Shown here: one piece after another, positions 37,745 to 47,904 of the stretch
Numbering within the stretch: the stretch's first letter is position 1
How the letters are laid out: each line of letters starts with the position of its first letter
Origin: an uncultured Phycisphaeraceae bacterium
GTDB taxonomy: Bacteria > Planctomycetota > Phycisphaerae > Phycisphaerales > UBA1924
DNA: 64,000 nucleotides
Reading direction: 5' to 3'
Assembly (NCBI GenBank): GCA_964639935.1
Contig: CAZXGT010000001.1
Span: 6,635-70,634, forward strand
Notes under the pieces: model-generated
Told to the model about the DNA's origin: nothing
Seen by the model: the letters and a program-made list of their open reading frames with translations, nothing else
Databases searched by the model: none
Translations under genes and position numbers: made by a program

Positions 37745-37951
37745 TCTCTCTGACTCCTCAGAATCTTTGACGCGATGGCCGAGAGCCGATCGGACCCCGT
37801 GCGGTCCGTTCGCCTGTTCGATTCGCGCGTCGTGATGTGATCGGGGCCGCTGTGCGGGCGGACCCCGGGTTTCCCTGTACGGACGCTTCAGAGATAGCAC
37901 GACCGCGGTCGCGTCGCAAGACGTAATCCGTGATTTGGCAATGAACTAGAG

Positions 37952-38344
37952 TTAAGAGTCGTCGCTGTCGGTAAATGGTCGGATAACCATCATCGCCAGC
38001 GCCGATGCGAGGGCCGCTCCCGCGGCGTTCGCGGCCATGTCCAGGAAGGAGAACTGTCGCTCGAAGGCGGGGATGAGCTGGCTGGTCTCATCGATGGTCC
38101 CATAAGCGATCGCCAGCAGCGTGGCGAGCAGGATGTTGCGGCGGGAGTTCCAGCGGCCGAAGAGTCCTGCGGCGATGGCCAGGGCGGTCCAGAGGAAGAA
38201 GGCGAGAAAATGGGCAAGCTTGTCGGAGCCGGCCTCGGGGCCTGGCACGTTGAGTCGCGGCCAATGGGTCAGGGTGAAGAGGAGCACCGCGTAGAGCACG
38301 AAGCCGACGCGGTAGAACGAGCGGCTCGCGAGAAGGCGGTTCAT
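37952..38344 (-). CDS. VanZ-like family membrane protein
   Basis: MNRLLASRSFYRVGFVLYAVLLFTLTHWP...DKLAHFLAFFLW...YGTIDETSQ is the VanZ pattern. Its ATG overlaps the parA stop (ATGA). Confidence 0.68.
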   Translation of the reverse strand: MNRLLASRSFYRVGFVLYAVLLFTLTHWPRLNVPGPEAGSDKLAHFLAFFLWTALAIAAGLFGRWNSRRNILLATLLAIAYGTIDETSQLIPAFERQFSFLDMAANAAGAALASALAMMVIRPFTDSDDS

Positions 38345-39270
38345 GACCGGGAGGGCTCGGCGCGATCCCGCGCGGCGGGCGCGACGTGGATCTCGGGCGG
38401 AGCCTGCGCGGCGAGGCGCTCGCGGCGACGCTCGAGCATGAGATCCCATTCCGCGAGGAAGTTCTCGCCGAGGTCGGCGTAGTCCTTGGCCCCGGCGAGG
38501 CCCGGGGCGTATTCGAAGATCGTCTGTCCGAAGCTGGGGCACTCGGCGAGCTTGATGTGTCTTCGGATGGGTGGGCGGTAGACGCGGGCGCCGCGCCACG
38601 GGACGGGCTGCTCGCGGGCGGCGGCGAAGAACTCCTCGAGATCGGCGACGACCTCGCGGGCGTGGCGCGTCTGCTCGTCGTGGGCGGTGAGAACGATGCC
38701 GGAGACGCGGATCTCGGAGTTGACGCCCCGGGCGATGAGCTGGACGGTCTCGAGAAGCTTCCCGACGCCCTGGAGGGCGAGGAAGTGCGCTTGCATCGGG
38801 ACGACGACCTCGCGGGCGGCGGCGAGCGCGTTGAGTGTGAGCAGGCCGAGCGAGGGGGGGCAGTCGATCAGGATGAACTCAAACGCGCCGGAAAGTCCGG
38901 CGAGGCCCAGGCGGAGGCGGTCGTTGCGGTCGTGGGCGCTTGAGAGCTCGGTCTCGGCGGCGGCGAGGTCGACCTCTGCGGGGATGACGCCGAGGTTGGG
39001 CCGCGCGTGCACGACGGCGTCGGGCGCGGCGGCGGGGTCGAGGAGGACGTCGTAGACGGAGGGCTTGTCGGGCTCGGGCTCGACGCCGAGGTGGATGGTG
39101 GCGTGAGCCTGCGGGTCCATGTCGACGACGAGCGCGCGACGCCCCTTCTCGGCGAGCGCCGCGGCGAGATTGACGGTGGTGGTCGTCTTGCCGACGCCGC
39201 CCTTCTGGTTGATGAGGGCGACGGTGCGGGTGAGGGGGGCGGGCGTTCGGGCGTGGTCTTCGGCTCCCAT
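38341..39270 (-). CDS. parA: ParA/Soj family ATPase
   Basis: Deviant Walker A motif QKGGVGKTTTTVNLAAALA, then VVDMDPQAHAT and IDCPPSLGLLTLNAL. No parB lies adjacent. Confidence 0.88.
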   Translation of the reverse strand: MGAEDHARTPAPLTRTVALINQKGGVGKTTTTVNLAAALAEKGRRALVVDMDPQAHATIHLGVEPEPDKPSVYDVLLDPAAAPDAVVHARPNLGVIPAEVDLAAAETELSSAHDRNDRLRLGLAGLSGAFEFILIDCPPSLGLLTLNALAAAREVVVPMQAHFLALQGVGKLLETVQLIARGVNSEIRVSGIVLTAHDEQTRHAREVVADLEEFFAAAREQPVPWRGARVYRPPIRRHIKLAECPSFGQTIFEYAPGLAGAKDYADLGENFLAEWDLMLERRRERLAAQAPPEIHVAPAARDRAEPSRS

Positions 39271-39329
39271 GACGTGAGTGTACCGGGGGAGCGCCGGCGC
39301 CGTCCCGCGGCGGTCAGGTACTATCGGGC

Positions 39330-41126
39330 ATGACCTGGACGCCGCCGACGGCTCTTGCCGCCGCCATTACGGAACTGCCGCTCCTGACCACGCTCGCGGC
39401 CGGGCTCGCTGCGGCGTGGCTCTTCGGCTTGATGACAAAGCGACTGGGGTTGTCGCCGATCGTCGGCTATCTGCTTGGCGGCGTCGTCATCGGTCCGTAC
39501 ACGCCCGGGTTTGTGGGCGATGAGGAGATCGCGCATCAGCTCGCCGAGATCGGCGTGATCCTGATGATGTTCGGTGTCGGTCTGCACTTCAAACTCAAGG
39601 ATCTGATCGCGGTCCGCCGAATCGCGGTCCCGGGGGCGGTGGTGCAGAGTCTCTCTGCGACGATCGTGGGGACGTTCGTTTTCCTCGGTTTCGGCTGGTC
39701 CTGGCAGTCCGGGATGGTGATCGGCATGGCGATGGCGGTGGCGAGCACGGTGGTGCTCCTGCGCGTGCTGATGGACCGGAAGATGCTCGCCACGCCGCAC
39801 GGTCACGCGGCCGTCGGGTGGCTGCTGGTTGAGGACATCTTCACGGTGCTTGCGCTCGTGTTCGTCCCGATGATGGCGGTGGGGGAGGCGGTCGAGTCGT
39901 CCGGGGCGAGCGAGGGCGGCGGCGTCGTCATGACGATCGTCATCGCGCTCGCGAAGTTCGGTCTGCTCGTGGCGATCCTGCTGCTCGTGGGGTCGCGGGT
40001 CATTCCGTGGCTGCTCGGCAGGATCGCAAAGCTGCGATCGCGCGAGCTCTTCACGCTCACGGTTCTGGTGCTTTCGATCACGATCGCGGTGGGTTCGGCG
40101 GCCTTCTTCGGCGTCTCCGTGGCGCTGGGCGCGTTTCTGGCGGGCATGGTGGTCGCGCAGAGCCCGACGAGCCATCAGGCCGCCGCGGACGCGCTCCCGC
40201 TGCGAGACGCGTTCGCGGTGCTTTTCTTCGTCGCGGTGGGCATGCTGTTCAATCCGGCGTTCGTCGTTCGTGAGCCGCTCATGCTCGCCGCCGGTCTCGG
40301 GATCGTCATGATCGTCAAGCCGATCGCCGCGCTCGCGATCGTCTCGATTCTCGGGTACCCCGTCCGCACCGGTCTGACGGTCGCGCTGGGGCTGGCGCAG
40401 ATCGGCGAGTTCTCGTTCATTCTTGGTCAGGTCGCGCTGCTCTACGGCGTGATCCCCGCGGACGGCCAGCAGGTCCTCGTCGGCGCCGCGATGATCTCGA
40501 TCACGCTCAACCCGATCCTGTTCGGTTCTCTCGACCGGATCGAGGCGTCGGTCCGGCGGGTTCCCTGGCTCTGGAGACTGCTCGACGGCAAGGCCGAGCG
40601 TCTCCGGCGCGCTGTGAATGAATCATCGTCGGCGCGCATCGAGACGGCGGAGGGTCCGCTCGCGCTCGTGGTCGGGTACGGCCCGGTTGGGCGTCTCGTC
40701 GACGGTCTGCTTCGCGATTCCGGCGTCCACACGGTCATCGTGGAGATGAATCTCCGCACCGTGGAATCGCTCGTCGCGAAGGGGCGTCCGGCCATCTTCG
40801 GCGACGCCACGAGGCCCGAGATTCTTGAAGACGCGGGGATCCGTCGGGCGGAGTATCTCGTCGTCACCCTTCCTCACGCCGAGGATCGGTCGGACCTGAT
40901 TCAGATCTCCAAGGAGCTGAACGCCGACATCCAGATCATCATGCGGGCGCAGTACCTGACCGAGGCCGAGGCGCTCAGCGGGTGGGACAAGACGATCTCG
41001 GTCTACGAGGAGGGGGAGACGGGTCTTGCTCTGGCGCGGAAGGTGATGGAGCTTCGCGAGATGGAGCCGGCGAAGATCGACGCGTTCCTGGACGCGGTTC
41101 GCAAGCTCTGGCGGCTCCGGTCGTGA
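39330..41126 (+). CDS. Cation:proton antiporter (CPA2, Kef/YbaL-like) with a C-terminal TrkA-N/RCK domain
   Basis: About 12 TM segments with an Na_H_exchanger-like pattern, followed by LVVGYGPVGRLV (a Rossmann GxGxxG). Confidence 0.88.
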   Translation: MTWTPPTALAAAITELPLLTTLAAGLAAAWLFGLMTKRLGLSPIVGYLLGGVVIGPYTPGFVGDEEIAHQLAEIGVILMMFGVGLHFKLKDLIAVRRIAVPGAVVQSLSATIVGTFVFLGFGWSWQSGMVIGMAMAVASTVVLLRVLMDRKMLATPHGHAAVGWLLVEDIFTVLALVFVPMMAVGEAVESSGASEGGGVVMTIVIALAKFGLLVAILLLVGSRVIPWLLGRIAKLRSRELFTLTVLVLSITIAVGSAAFFGVSVALGAFLAGMVVAQSPTSHQAAADALPLRDAFAVLFFVAVGMLFNPAFVVREPLMLAAGLGIVMIVKPIAALAIVSILGYPVRTGLTVALGLAQIGEFSFILGQVALLYGVIPADGQQVLVGAAMISITLNPILFGSLDRIEASVRRVPWLWRLLDGKAERLRRAVNESSSARIETAEGPLALVVGYGPVGRLVDGLLRDSGVHTVIVEMNLRTVESLVAKGRPAIFGDATRPEILEDAGIRRAEYLVVTLPHAEDRSDLIQISKELNADIQIIMRAQYLTEAEALSGWDKTISVYEEGETGLALARKVMELREMEPAKIDAFLDAVRKLWRLRS

Positions 41127-41320
41127 AGACCGGCCGATGGCGGGCGGGCGAGGGACGCCGAAAGCATCCCGGCCGAGGGTGATCGCGCTGGCTCTGTGAG
41201 AAGCGTCTGGATGCAAGGATGCGGCGGGGTCCCGCTTGAAGCTGTACGGGGCGGTACGCGCCGCTTGCCCCGCCCTGGACACTCTGCCTACAAGCTCTGA
41301 TATATCAGAGAGTTGAAAAG

Positions 41321-41394
41321 TCGGGGTGACTGGATTCGAACCAGCGACCTTCTCGTCCCGAACGAGACGCGCTACCAAGCTGCGCTACACCCCG
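41321..41394 (-). tRNA. tRNA-Pro (anticodon CGG)
   Basis: The reverse complement folds by hand as a cloverleaf: CGGGGTG TA GCGC AGCTTGGTA GCGC G TCTCG TTCGGGA CGAGA AGGTC GCTGG TTCGAAT CCAGT CACCCCG A. CCA is not encoded. Confidence 0.9.
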
Positions 41395-41486
41395 AAGTGA
41401 GCGGAGCACTGTAGCAACGCTCGGGCCTGAAACGCAACCGGCGGCGTTTCCGCCGCCGGTCGCACGGTTTGCTTTGTTGCTGACGA

Positions 41487-43022
41487 TCAGCAGCCCGAAC
41501 CGGTCCAGCTGGCGATGAGCGCCGCCAGATCGGAGGCGTTGGTGACCCCGTCGCCGGTGATGTCGGCGTCGTCGGAGTTCCACGCGGCGATCAGGATCGC
41601 GAGGTCGGTGGAGTCGACGCAGCCGTTTCCGTCAATGTCCGCGGGGTCGGGGGGCGTGCCTCCCTGAAGGGAGATGATGATGTCGTACATCTGGGCTTCC
41701 TGGAAGCCGATGCCGGCGGTGGAGGAGACACGGATGAACCAGTTGCCGAGCTGGTCGGCCGTGAAGCCCGAAATCGTCTCGCTGTCGCCGAAGCCGCCGG
41801 TGTCGGAGGTGGCGGCGGCGGAGAAGCTCGGGCGGAGGATGTCCAGCTTCAGATCGCCGATCTCGGAGGCGATGAACGTGCTTCCTGTGTTGCAATTGCC
41901 GACCTGCGGGCCCTGCGTGTACGTGGGTCCGACCGGGATGGCCTGGACGTTGATGATGGTCCCGGGCTCGGCTTCGACGCGGAAGAGGTCGAAGTCGCTC
42001 GAGCTGTGGAGGGACATCTCATCGATGACGACGGGGATGCCGTTGTTGGTCAGCCCGAGGCCGGCGAGATCGACGGCCGAACCGCCCGAGTTGTTGGGCT
42101 CGAAGAAGTCGCCGTAGAGGTACTGCCCGGCGAGGCGATCGTCGAAGCGGGGTCCGACGAGGAAGTTGGCGAAGGGCTCCATGAGCTTGGTGGAGTTGGC
42201 GGGGCAGACGTGGTTGAGCCCGATGCCGTGGCCGTGCTCGTGGGCGATGACGTTGCGGAAGAAGGTTCCGTTGCCCCAGTTCTCGGCGACGTCGAAGTAC
42301 ATGTCGCCGTTGTCGGGGAAGAAGTTGAAGGCGAGGACGCTGCCGGAGCCGTCGTTGGGCCCCATGACGATGCGGACGTCCCCGCGGCTGCTGCTGCCGT
42401 TGAAGGGGCCGGGGGCGCCGGGCCAGGTTGCGCCGTCATCGGAGACCTCGGTGTAGGTGTTGCCGGTGGCGTCGCCCCAGCGCTGGAACTCGTCGGCGAA
42501 GATCTGCTTCCACGTGGCGGTGGAGCCGTAGATGCCGTCGAGCGTTGCGTTGAGCGAGTTCGATCCACCGGATATGGAGATACCGTCAGGGGGGAAGCTG
42601 TAGGTCAGGTCGACGGAGACTCCGCGCCCGCCGAGTCCGCCCCAGCGATCGCCGGGCTGGAAGCGGGCGGTCGGGCCGTCGCCCTCCCAGGGGTTGTCGG
42701 CGAGCCACTGCATCATCCGGTCGTAGGTGTCCTGGATGACGTCGGGGGGGGTTCCGGGCGCCGCAAGGACGCTGCCGTACTCGAACATCTCACAGGCGGC
42801 CTTCTCGGGGTCGTTCATGGCGGCGAGGCTGGCGCCGACCTGCTCGCGGATCTGTACGGCGACGGCCTCCTGCACGAAGGCCGGAGCGCCTGCCGGGGCG
42901 GCGTTGGACTCGGCGGCGGATTTGAGCGACGGGCCGGCGGCCCCGACGCTCAACGCGGCGGCGACCGAGACAGCGGCGGCGCCGACCGCGCCGAAGAGGG
43001 CCAGTTCATACAACTTGTTCAT
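41487..43022 (-). CDS. Secreted metzincin-like zinc metalloprotease with PPC-like and dockerin-like modules (paralog of 26172..28262)
   Basis: Signal peptide MNKLYELALFGAVGAAAVSVAAA. HEHGHGIGLNHVCPANSTKLMEPF. DFDLFRVEAEPGTIINV. C-terminus DIDGNGCVDSTDLAILIAAWN...ITGDGVTNASDLAALIASW. Confidence 0.85.
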   Translation of the reverse strand: MNKLYELALFGAVGAAAVSVAAALSVGAAGPSLKSAAESNAAPAGAPAFVQEAVAVQIREQVGASLAAMNDPEKAACEMFEYGSVLAAPGTPPDVIQDTYDRMMQWLADNPWEGDGPTARFQPGDRWGGLGGRGVSVDLTYSFPPDGISISGGSNSLNATLDGIYGSTATWKQIFADEFQRWGDATGNTYTEVSDDGATWPGAPGPFNGSSSRGDVRIVMGPNDGSGSVLAFNFFPDNGDMYFDVAENWGNGTFFRNVIAHEHGHGIGLNHVCPANSTKLMEPFANFLVGPRFDDRLAGQYLYGDFFEPNNSGGSAVDLAGLGLTNNGIPVVIDEMSLHSSSDFDLFRVEAEPGTIINVQAIPVGPTYTQGPQVGNCNTGSTFIASEIGDLKLDILRPSFSAAATSDTGGFGDSETISGFTADQLGNWFIRVSSTAGIGFQEAQMYDIIISLQGGTPPDPADIDGNGCVDSTDLAILIAAWNSDDADITGDGVTNASDLAALIASWTGSGC

Positions 43023-43295
43023 GGGGGCTCACACCTTTCGACTCTGCGTTTTTGATGCGCGGATGCGCTCCGATAATCGGAACACCTCCCCCGCGCAATC
43101 CTCACCAGTTCCGATTGTGACCTGTTGGGGGGAATTAGGCGAGGAGAATCTGCGAAAACGTCGGATTTGATACCGTTCAGAGTGCAAACATGACCACGAG
43201 TCGAGTCTCTGGGGGGCTCATCGTCGGCGCAGCGGTGGCCGGGGGCGGTCGTTTGGCGGCGGTCGGCTCTGGGGATTGCGAGCTCGTCGGCCGGG

Positions 43296-44819
43296 TCAGG
43301 CGTGAATCACGCGGCCTTCGGAGGCGAGGGCGGCCTCGTGAACGGCCTCGTACATCGTGGGATGAGCGTGGATGGTGGCGATGAGCTCTTCGCTGGTGGC
43401 TTCGAGCCGGCGCCCGAGGGCGAGCTCGCCGATGAGCTCGGTGGCGTTGTCGCAGCAGAGGTGGGCGCCGAGGATCTCTCCGCGGGGAAGCCCCCGGATG
43501 ATCTTGATGAGGCCCTCGTTGACGTTGGCGGCGATGGCCTTTCCGTGCGCGTTGAGGGCGAAGTTTCCGACGGCGTAGTCCTTGTCCTTCTCGAGGCCCT
43601 GTTCCTTGAGGGCGCGCTCGGTGTAGCCGACGGAGGCGACCTGAGGGTGGCAGTAGGTGCAGCCGGGGACGACGGAGTAGTCGATGGGATAGGGGTCGTG
43701 TCCGGCGATCTGCTCGACGCAGATGATGCCTTCCTCGCTGGCGACGTGGGCGAGCCATGGCGCGCCGATGATGTCGCCGACGGCGTAGACGCCGGGGACG
43801 GATGTCTCGTAGGTGAGCTTCTGACTCTGGAAGGGGGGCCCGGGGGTGTAGTCGGTGACGATGGCGCCGCGCTCGGTCTTGAGCCCGAGGGACTCATCGA
43901 AGAGGCCGTCGAAGCGTCCGGTGACGCCGATGGCGAGGAGCACCTTGTCGGCCTCGATGGTCTCGGCCTTGGATTCGTCGGCCTTGCCGTCCTTGAAGGG
44001 GGCGATGGTGACCTTGACGCCGTTCTTGGTCTTCTCGACGGCGGTGGTGGTGGTGGACGTCCGGATGTCCATGCCCTTCTTCTTGTAGGTCTTCTCGAGG
44101 AACCTGGAGACGTCGTCGTCCTCGACGGGGAGGATGCGGGGCATCATCTCGACGACGGTGATCTCGGTTCCGAAGGAGTGGTAGAAGTAGGCGAACTCGA
44201 TGCCGATGGCGCCGGCGCCGACGACGACCATTTTTTCGGGGCGCTCGGGGAGGGTCATGGCCTCGCGGGCGCCGATGATCTTGTCGCCGTCGAACTTGGC
44301 GAAGGGGAGGTCTCGCGCGACGGCGCCGGTGGCGACGAGGACGTTGTCGGCGGTGATGGTCTCGCGGAGCTTCTTCACCTCGCTCGGGGAGGGGGTGATC
44401 TCCTCGTGAGTCTCGACGTCGTGGATCTCGACCTTGCAGGGCGAGTCGCCCGACCGGCCGGCGACGATCTTGGCGTGGCCGTCGATGTGCTCAACCTTGT
44501 TCTTCTTGAGGAGGAAGCCCACGCCCTTGTTGAGCTTTCCGGCGACATCGCGCGAGCGGCCGATGATCTTGGGCCAGTCGTAGGAGAGCTTGTCGAAGGA
44601 GAGGCCCCAGTCCTCGGATTGTTTGGTGACCTTCTCGTAGAGCTCGGCGTTGGCGAGGAGGCTCTTGGAGGGGATGCAACCCCAGTTGAGGCAGACGCCG
44701 CCGAGCTTGGCGCGCTCGACGCAGGCGGTCTTGAGCCCGAGCTGGGCGGCGCGGACGGCGGCGACGTAGCCGGCGGGGCCGCCGCCGATGATGACGAGAT
44801 CGAAGTGCTTGTCGGCCAC
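43296..44819 (-). CDS. lpdA: Dihydrolipoyl dehydrogenase
   Basis: DLVIIGGGPAGYVAAVRAAQLG, the redox-active GGVCLNWGCIPSK, and C-terminal HAHPTMYEAV. Confidence 0.93.
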   Translation of the reverse strand: MADKHFDLVIIGGGPAGYVAAVRAAQLGLKTACVERAKLGGVCLNWGCIPSKSLLANAELYEKVTKQSEDWGLSFDKLSYDWPKIIGRSRDVAGKLNKGVGFLLKKNKVEHIDGHAKIVAGRSGDSPCKVEIHDVETHEEITPSPSEVKKLRETITADNVLVATGAVARDLPFAKFDGDKIIGAREAMTLPERPEKMVVVGAGAIGIEFAYFYHSFGTEITVVEMMPRILPVEDDDVSRFLEKTYKKKGMDIRTSTTTTAVEKTKNGVKVTIAPFKDGKADESKAETIEADKVLLAIGVTGRFDGLFDESLGLKTERGAIVTDYTPGPPFQSQKLTYETSVPGVYAVGDIIGAPWLAHVASEEGIICVEQIAGHDPYPIDYSVVPGCTYCHPQVASVGYTERALKEQGLEKDKDYAVGNFALNAHGKAIAANVNEGLIKIIRGLPRGEILGAHLCCDNATELIGELALGRRLEATSEELIATIHAHPTMYEAVHEAALASEGRVIHA

Positions 44820-44921
44820 GTGGAATCCCTCGCTTGTGATCGGAGTGAGTCGCTGAGAAGGGGTCGGGATTGTAGCTCCCGCTAACCGCGCGGGCGCGCG
44901 CCGTCACCGCGTGGGCGCACG

Positions 44922-44954
44922 AAAAAGCCGGCGTCTCGGGGCGGAGACGCCGGC
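44922..44954 (-). terminator. Rho-independent terminator of the large zinc metalloprotease gene
   Basis: 11-bp perfect stem GCCGGCGTCTC / GAGACGCCGGC (44927..44937 and 44944..44954) with a 6-nt loop. T5 follows on the minus strand (A5 at 44922..44926 on plus). Confidence 0.7.
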
Positions 44955-45015
44955 AAGGGGCGGTCGGGCTGCGGCTCTGGGCCGCGCCCGACCTGGGGTT
45001 GGGGCTTGTGTTCGC

Positions 45016-47904
45016 TTACGGCTGGGAGCCGAAGCTGATGACGATCGATCCTCCGCCGGCCGCGATGTCGTCGGAATTATAGATGAATTCGGCGTCGAGG
45101 GCCTGTTCAATCTTAGCCTGCACGCTCTCGAGATGCGAGAGGGAGTAGGCGTCGAGCTTTCCACTCGAGCTTTCGAGGGTGTCGTCGATGCGGCCCTTGA
45201 CCTCGCGAAGGTGGTGAGCGGCGAGGTTCGCGACGGGCTTGCCGGCGGCTCCGCTGACGCGTCCGGCGGGGAGCGTCAGGTCGATGAGGCGGGCGACGTG
45301 CTCGTCCTGGAGGTTTCGCCGGAGGCTCGAGATCATGGGCTTGCGGGCGGAGTAGCGCCCGGCGGCCTTCTCGTCGAGCTCGGACCACACGGCGGCGGTG
45401 ACGCTCTCGAGCAGCTCGGGAAGGGTGAAGGCGTCCTCGCCCTCGGGGATGCGGAACTCGTTGTCGTAGACGCGCCGGAGGGTCGTCGGGTTCATGACCA
45501 TGGTCATGGCCGAGGACTGGATGCCGACGATGGTGTCGTGAACGTTGAGCTGGGGGTCGCCCATGATGGTGCGGAAGCCGCCGGCGTCCCACCACTTGTC
45601 GCGGCTCATCTTGTTGAGGAGCTCGTGGGTGAGACCGAAGGCGTCGTCGCTGAAGGTGTACTCGACGACCTGCTCGAGCGCGCGGCGCTGCTTCTGGGCG
45701 TCGACGGGCTCGGTGGGGTTGCGGTCTCCGGGATCGCCCATGCGGTCGCGGTTGACGTGGACGCCGCCGATCCAGTTGGCGGCGTGGCTGACCGAGCGGA
45801 CGTGGCGGCCCAGCAGCGCCATGTAGGCGTTGCGGACCTCTTCCCAGCTCTCGCCTTCCTCGAAGACCTTGTCGACGATCTCGCCTCGGAGGTTCTGGAC
45901 GAGCTTCATCTCGGCGTCGACGAAATCGAGGGCGTTGGCGCCCATGTCGCGCCGGCGGGCGAGGGGGTCTGGGCCCCAGGTGTCTTCGTCGGTGAGGTAG
46001 ACGTTCTCGTTCTCGCCGACCCGCTCGAGGACGGGCTTGAGGTCGTTGTCGAAGGTGTAGCCGTACTCGATGGCCCAGTGGTCGTAGGGCCCGAGGGTGG
46101 TCATGAAGTAGGGGCCGTCGCCGATGGCGCCGTCCTTGGTGTAGTTCATGGCGTTGTAGTCCATGACGGAGCCGGTGATGGGCTTGCCGCCCTCGCGCCA
46201 CTCCTCGGAGTTGATCTCCTCGAGGGTGTAGATGGAGGAGGCCTTGAAGTTGTGCCGGAGGCCGAGGACGTGGCCGACCTCGTGCATGACGACGTCCTTG
46301 ACGATGCCGCCGATGAACTTCTCGGGCGCCCCGTCGACGGTGTCGCCCTCGCTGTAGGCGGGGAGGTCGAGGAGGGAGCTTCGGATCATGGCGAGGTCCA
46401 TGCCGCGATCGTGGGCGTAGGAGCAGTGCCCGTTGACCTGCACGGTGCGATGGGCGAGGCCGTCGTGCCGCTCGGCGCCGAGGGGGGAGAGCGCGGGCTC
46501 GGCGGCCTTGTCGGCGCGCTCGAGGATGTCGCGGCTCTCGCGGTGGAGTCGCGCGACGCGATCCTGGAGGATCTCCTCGCGGAGCTCGGGCGGGGCGGTG
46601 CGGACGCGGGGATCCCACTGCGGGCGCCGGTCGAGCCACTTGAGCGTCTCGGGGCTGAAGCCCTCGATGGCTTCCTGACCGAGGTTGAGCTCGAACTCGC
46701 GAGAGGCGTATCGGAGCCAGCCGTCGTTCATGACGACGTCGGCGTCGAGGATCTGACCGGTGCGCGGGTCGACGCGCGACGGGCCGATCGCGAAGGAGGC
46801 GTTGTTGGAGTTCCAGACGATGAAGTTGTAGCGGACGTCCTCGGGGTCCTTGTCCATGTGGGCGCCGGAGCGGGCGTCCTGCTGGTAGACCTCAATGGCG
46901 TTGGCGATCCCGATCTTCTCGAAGGCGTCGTTCCAGGCGAGGACGCCGTCGCGGACCCAGCGTCGGTACTGGATGGGGGTCTTGTGATCGAGGTAGAAGA
47001 CGATGGGTTCCTTGGGGGGACTCAGCGAGAGGGACGGATCGGCCTTCTCGAGCTTCCAGCGGTTGATGTAGCGGGTCCAGCCGGAGGACTCCTCGGCCTT
47101 CCCGAGGTCGTTGTAGGCGGTGGCGAAGTAGCCGACGCGCGGATCGGCTTCGCGGGGCTTGTAGCCGGTGTTCTCGGGGAGGACGCTCATGGAGTAGGCG
47201 AGCGTGATGAGCTGGCCGTTGGCGTCGGGGACTTCGTAGGAGACCGTGATGTTCTCGGGGAAGGCCTTGGCCTTGGCGATGGTGAGCAGGTCTCCCTGAA
47301 GGCCGCGGGCGGCGCGTCCGAAGAAGCTGCCCGCCTTACCGACGAGGAGCTGATCGAGGTCGATGACGGGTCCGCCGCCGGGGCCCATGGTCTTGATGGG
47401 CACGCTCAGGAGCACGCGGTCGGTGAAGAGCTGCTCCTGGGATTTCTTGCTCTCGAAGTCGCCCGAGGTCCGGGTCTCGAGCTGGGGCTGGATGAGGGCG
47501 AGCTTTTTGTCGTAGCGCTTCCAGTAGACGTAGGCGTCGCCGAACTGGATGCCGGCGGTGGGGGTGCCGGCGGAGACGGTGTAGCCGACGAAGAGCTTCT
47601 GGCGCTCGAAGTTGGTCGGGAGCTCGGCGAGCATCTGACCGTCCTTGGTCCGCCGGTAGAGCGTGTACATGGGCTTCTCGTCGAGGCTGGAGACGATCTT
47701 CTCGTAGCCCTCGGAGACGGAGTCCCAGTCGGGGAAGTCGCTCTTGGAGTCGTCGTTACTCCCGTTGCTCGCCATGGCGGCGCGCATCTGGGCGATCTGC
47801 TCTGGGGACGGCTGGGCCTGGCTCTGCGCCGCGAAGGAAAGGGCGACGCCGGAGAGGGCGAGCCCCGCGACAAGGGACAGGTTGGTGACGGTGCGTCGAT
47901 GCAT
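45016..47904 (-). CDS. Secreted zinc-dependent metalloprotease (DUF5117/DUF4953-like)
   Basis: Signal peptide MHRRTVTNLSLVAGLALSGVALSFAAQSQA. The motif VVMHEVGHVLGLRHNF is HExxHxxGxxH. The protein is 962 aa. Confidence 0.85.
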   Translation of the reverse strand: MHRRTVTNLSLVAGLALSGVALSFAAQSQAQPSPEQIAQMRAAMASNGSNDDSKSDFPDWDSVSEGYEKIVSSLDEKPMYTLYRRTKDGQMLAELPTNFERQKLFVGYTVSAGTPTAGIQFGDAYVYWKRYDKKLALIQPQLETRTSGDFESKKSQEQLFTDRVLLSVPIKTMGPGGGPVIDLDQLLVGKAGSFFGRAARGLQGDLLTIAKAKAFPENITVSYEVPDANGQLITLAYSMSVLPENTGYKPREADPRVGYFATAYNDLGKAEESSGWTRYINRWKLEKADPSLSLSPPKEPIVFYLDHKTPIQYRRWVRDGVLAWNDAFEKIGIANAIEVYQQDARSGAHMDKDPEDVRYNFIVWNSNNASFAIGPSRVDPRTGQILDADVVMNDGWLRYASREFELNLGQEAIEGFSPETLKWLDRRPQWDPRVRTAPPELREEILQDRVARLHRESRDILERADKAAEPALSPLGAERHDGLAHRTVQVNGHCSYAHDRGMDLAMIRSSLLDLPAYSEGDTVDGAPEKFIGGIVKDVVMHEVGHVLGLRHNFKASSIYTLEEINSEEWREGGKPITGSVMDYNAMNYTKDGAIGDGPYFMTTLGPYDHWAIEYGYTFDNDLKPVLERVGENENVYLTDEDTWGPDPLARRRDMGANALDFVDAEMKLVQNLRGEIVDKVFEEGESWEEVRNAYMALLGRHVRSVSHAANWIGGVHVNRDRMGDPGDRNPTEPVDAQKQRRALEQVVEYTFSDDAFGLTHELLNKMSRDKWWDAGGFRTIMGDPQLNVHDTIVGIQSSAMTMVMNPTTLRRVYDNEFRIPEGEDAFTLPELLESVTAAVWSELDEKAAGRYSARKPMISSLRRNLQDEHVARLIDLTLPAGRVSGAAGKPVANLAAHHLREVKGRIDDTLESSSGKLDAYSLSHLESVQAKIEQALDAEFIYNSDDIAAGGGSIVISFGSQP

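Noticed and set aside
41127-41486. Possible integrated element at tRNA-Pro
   Set aside because: There is no integrase, excisionase, direct repeat of the tRNA 3' end, or compositional island on either side. The flanking genes are an ordinary antiporter and a secreted protease with native-like composition.
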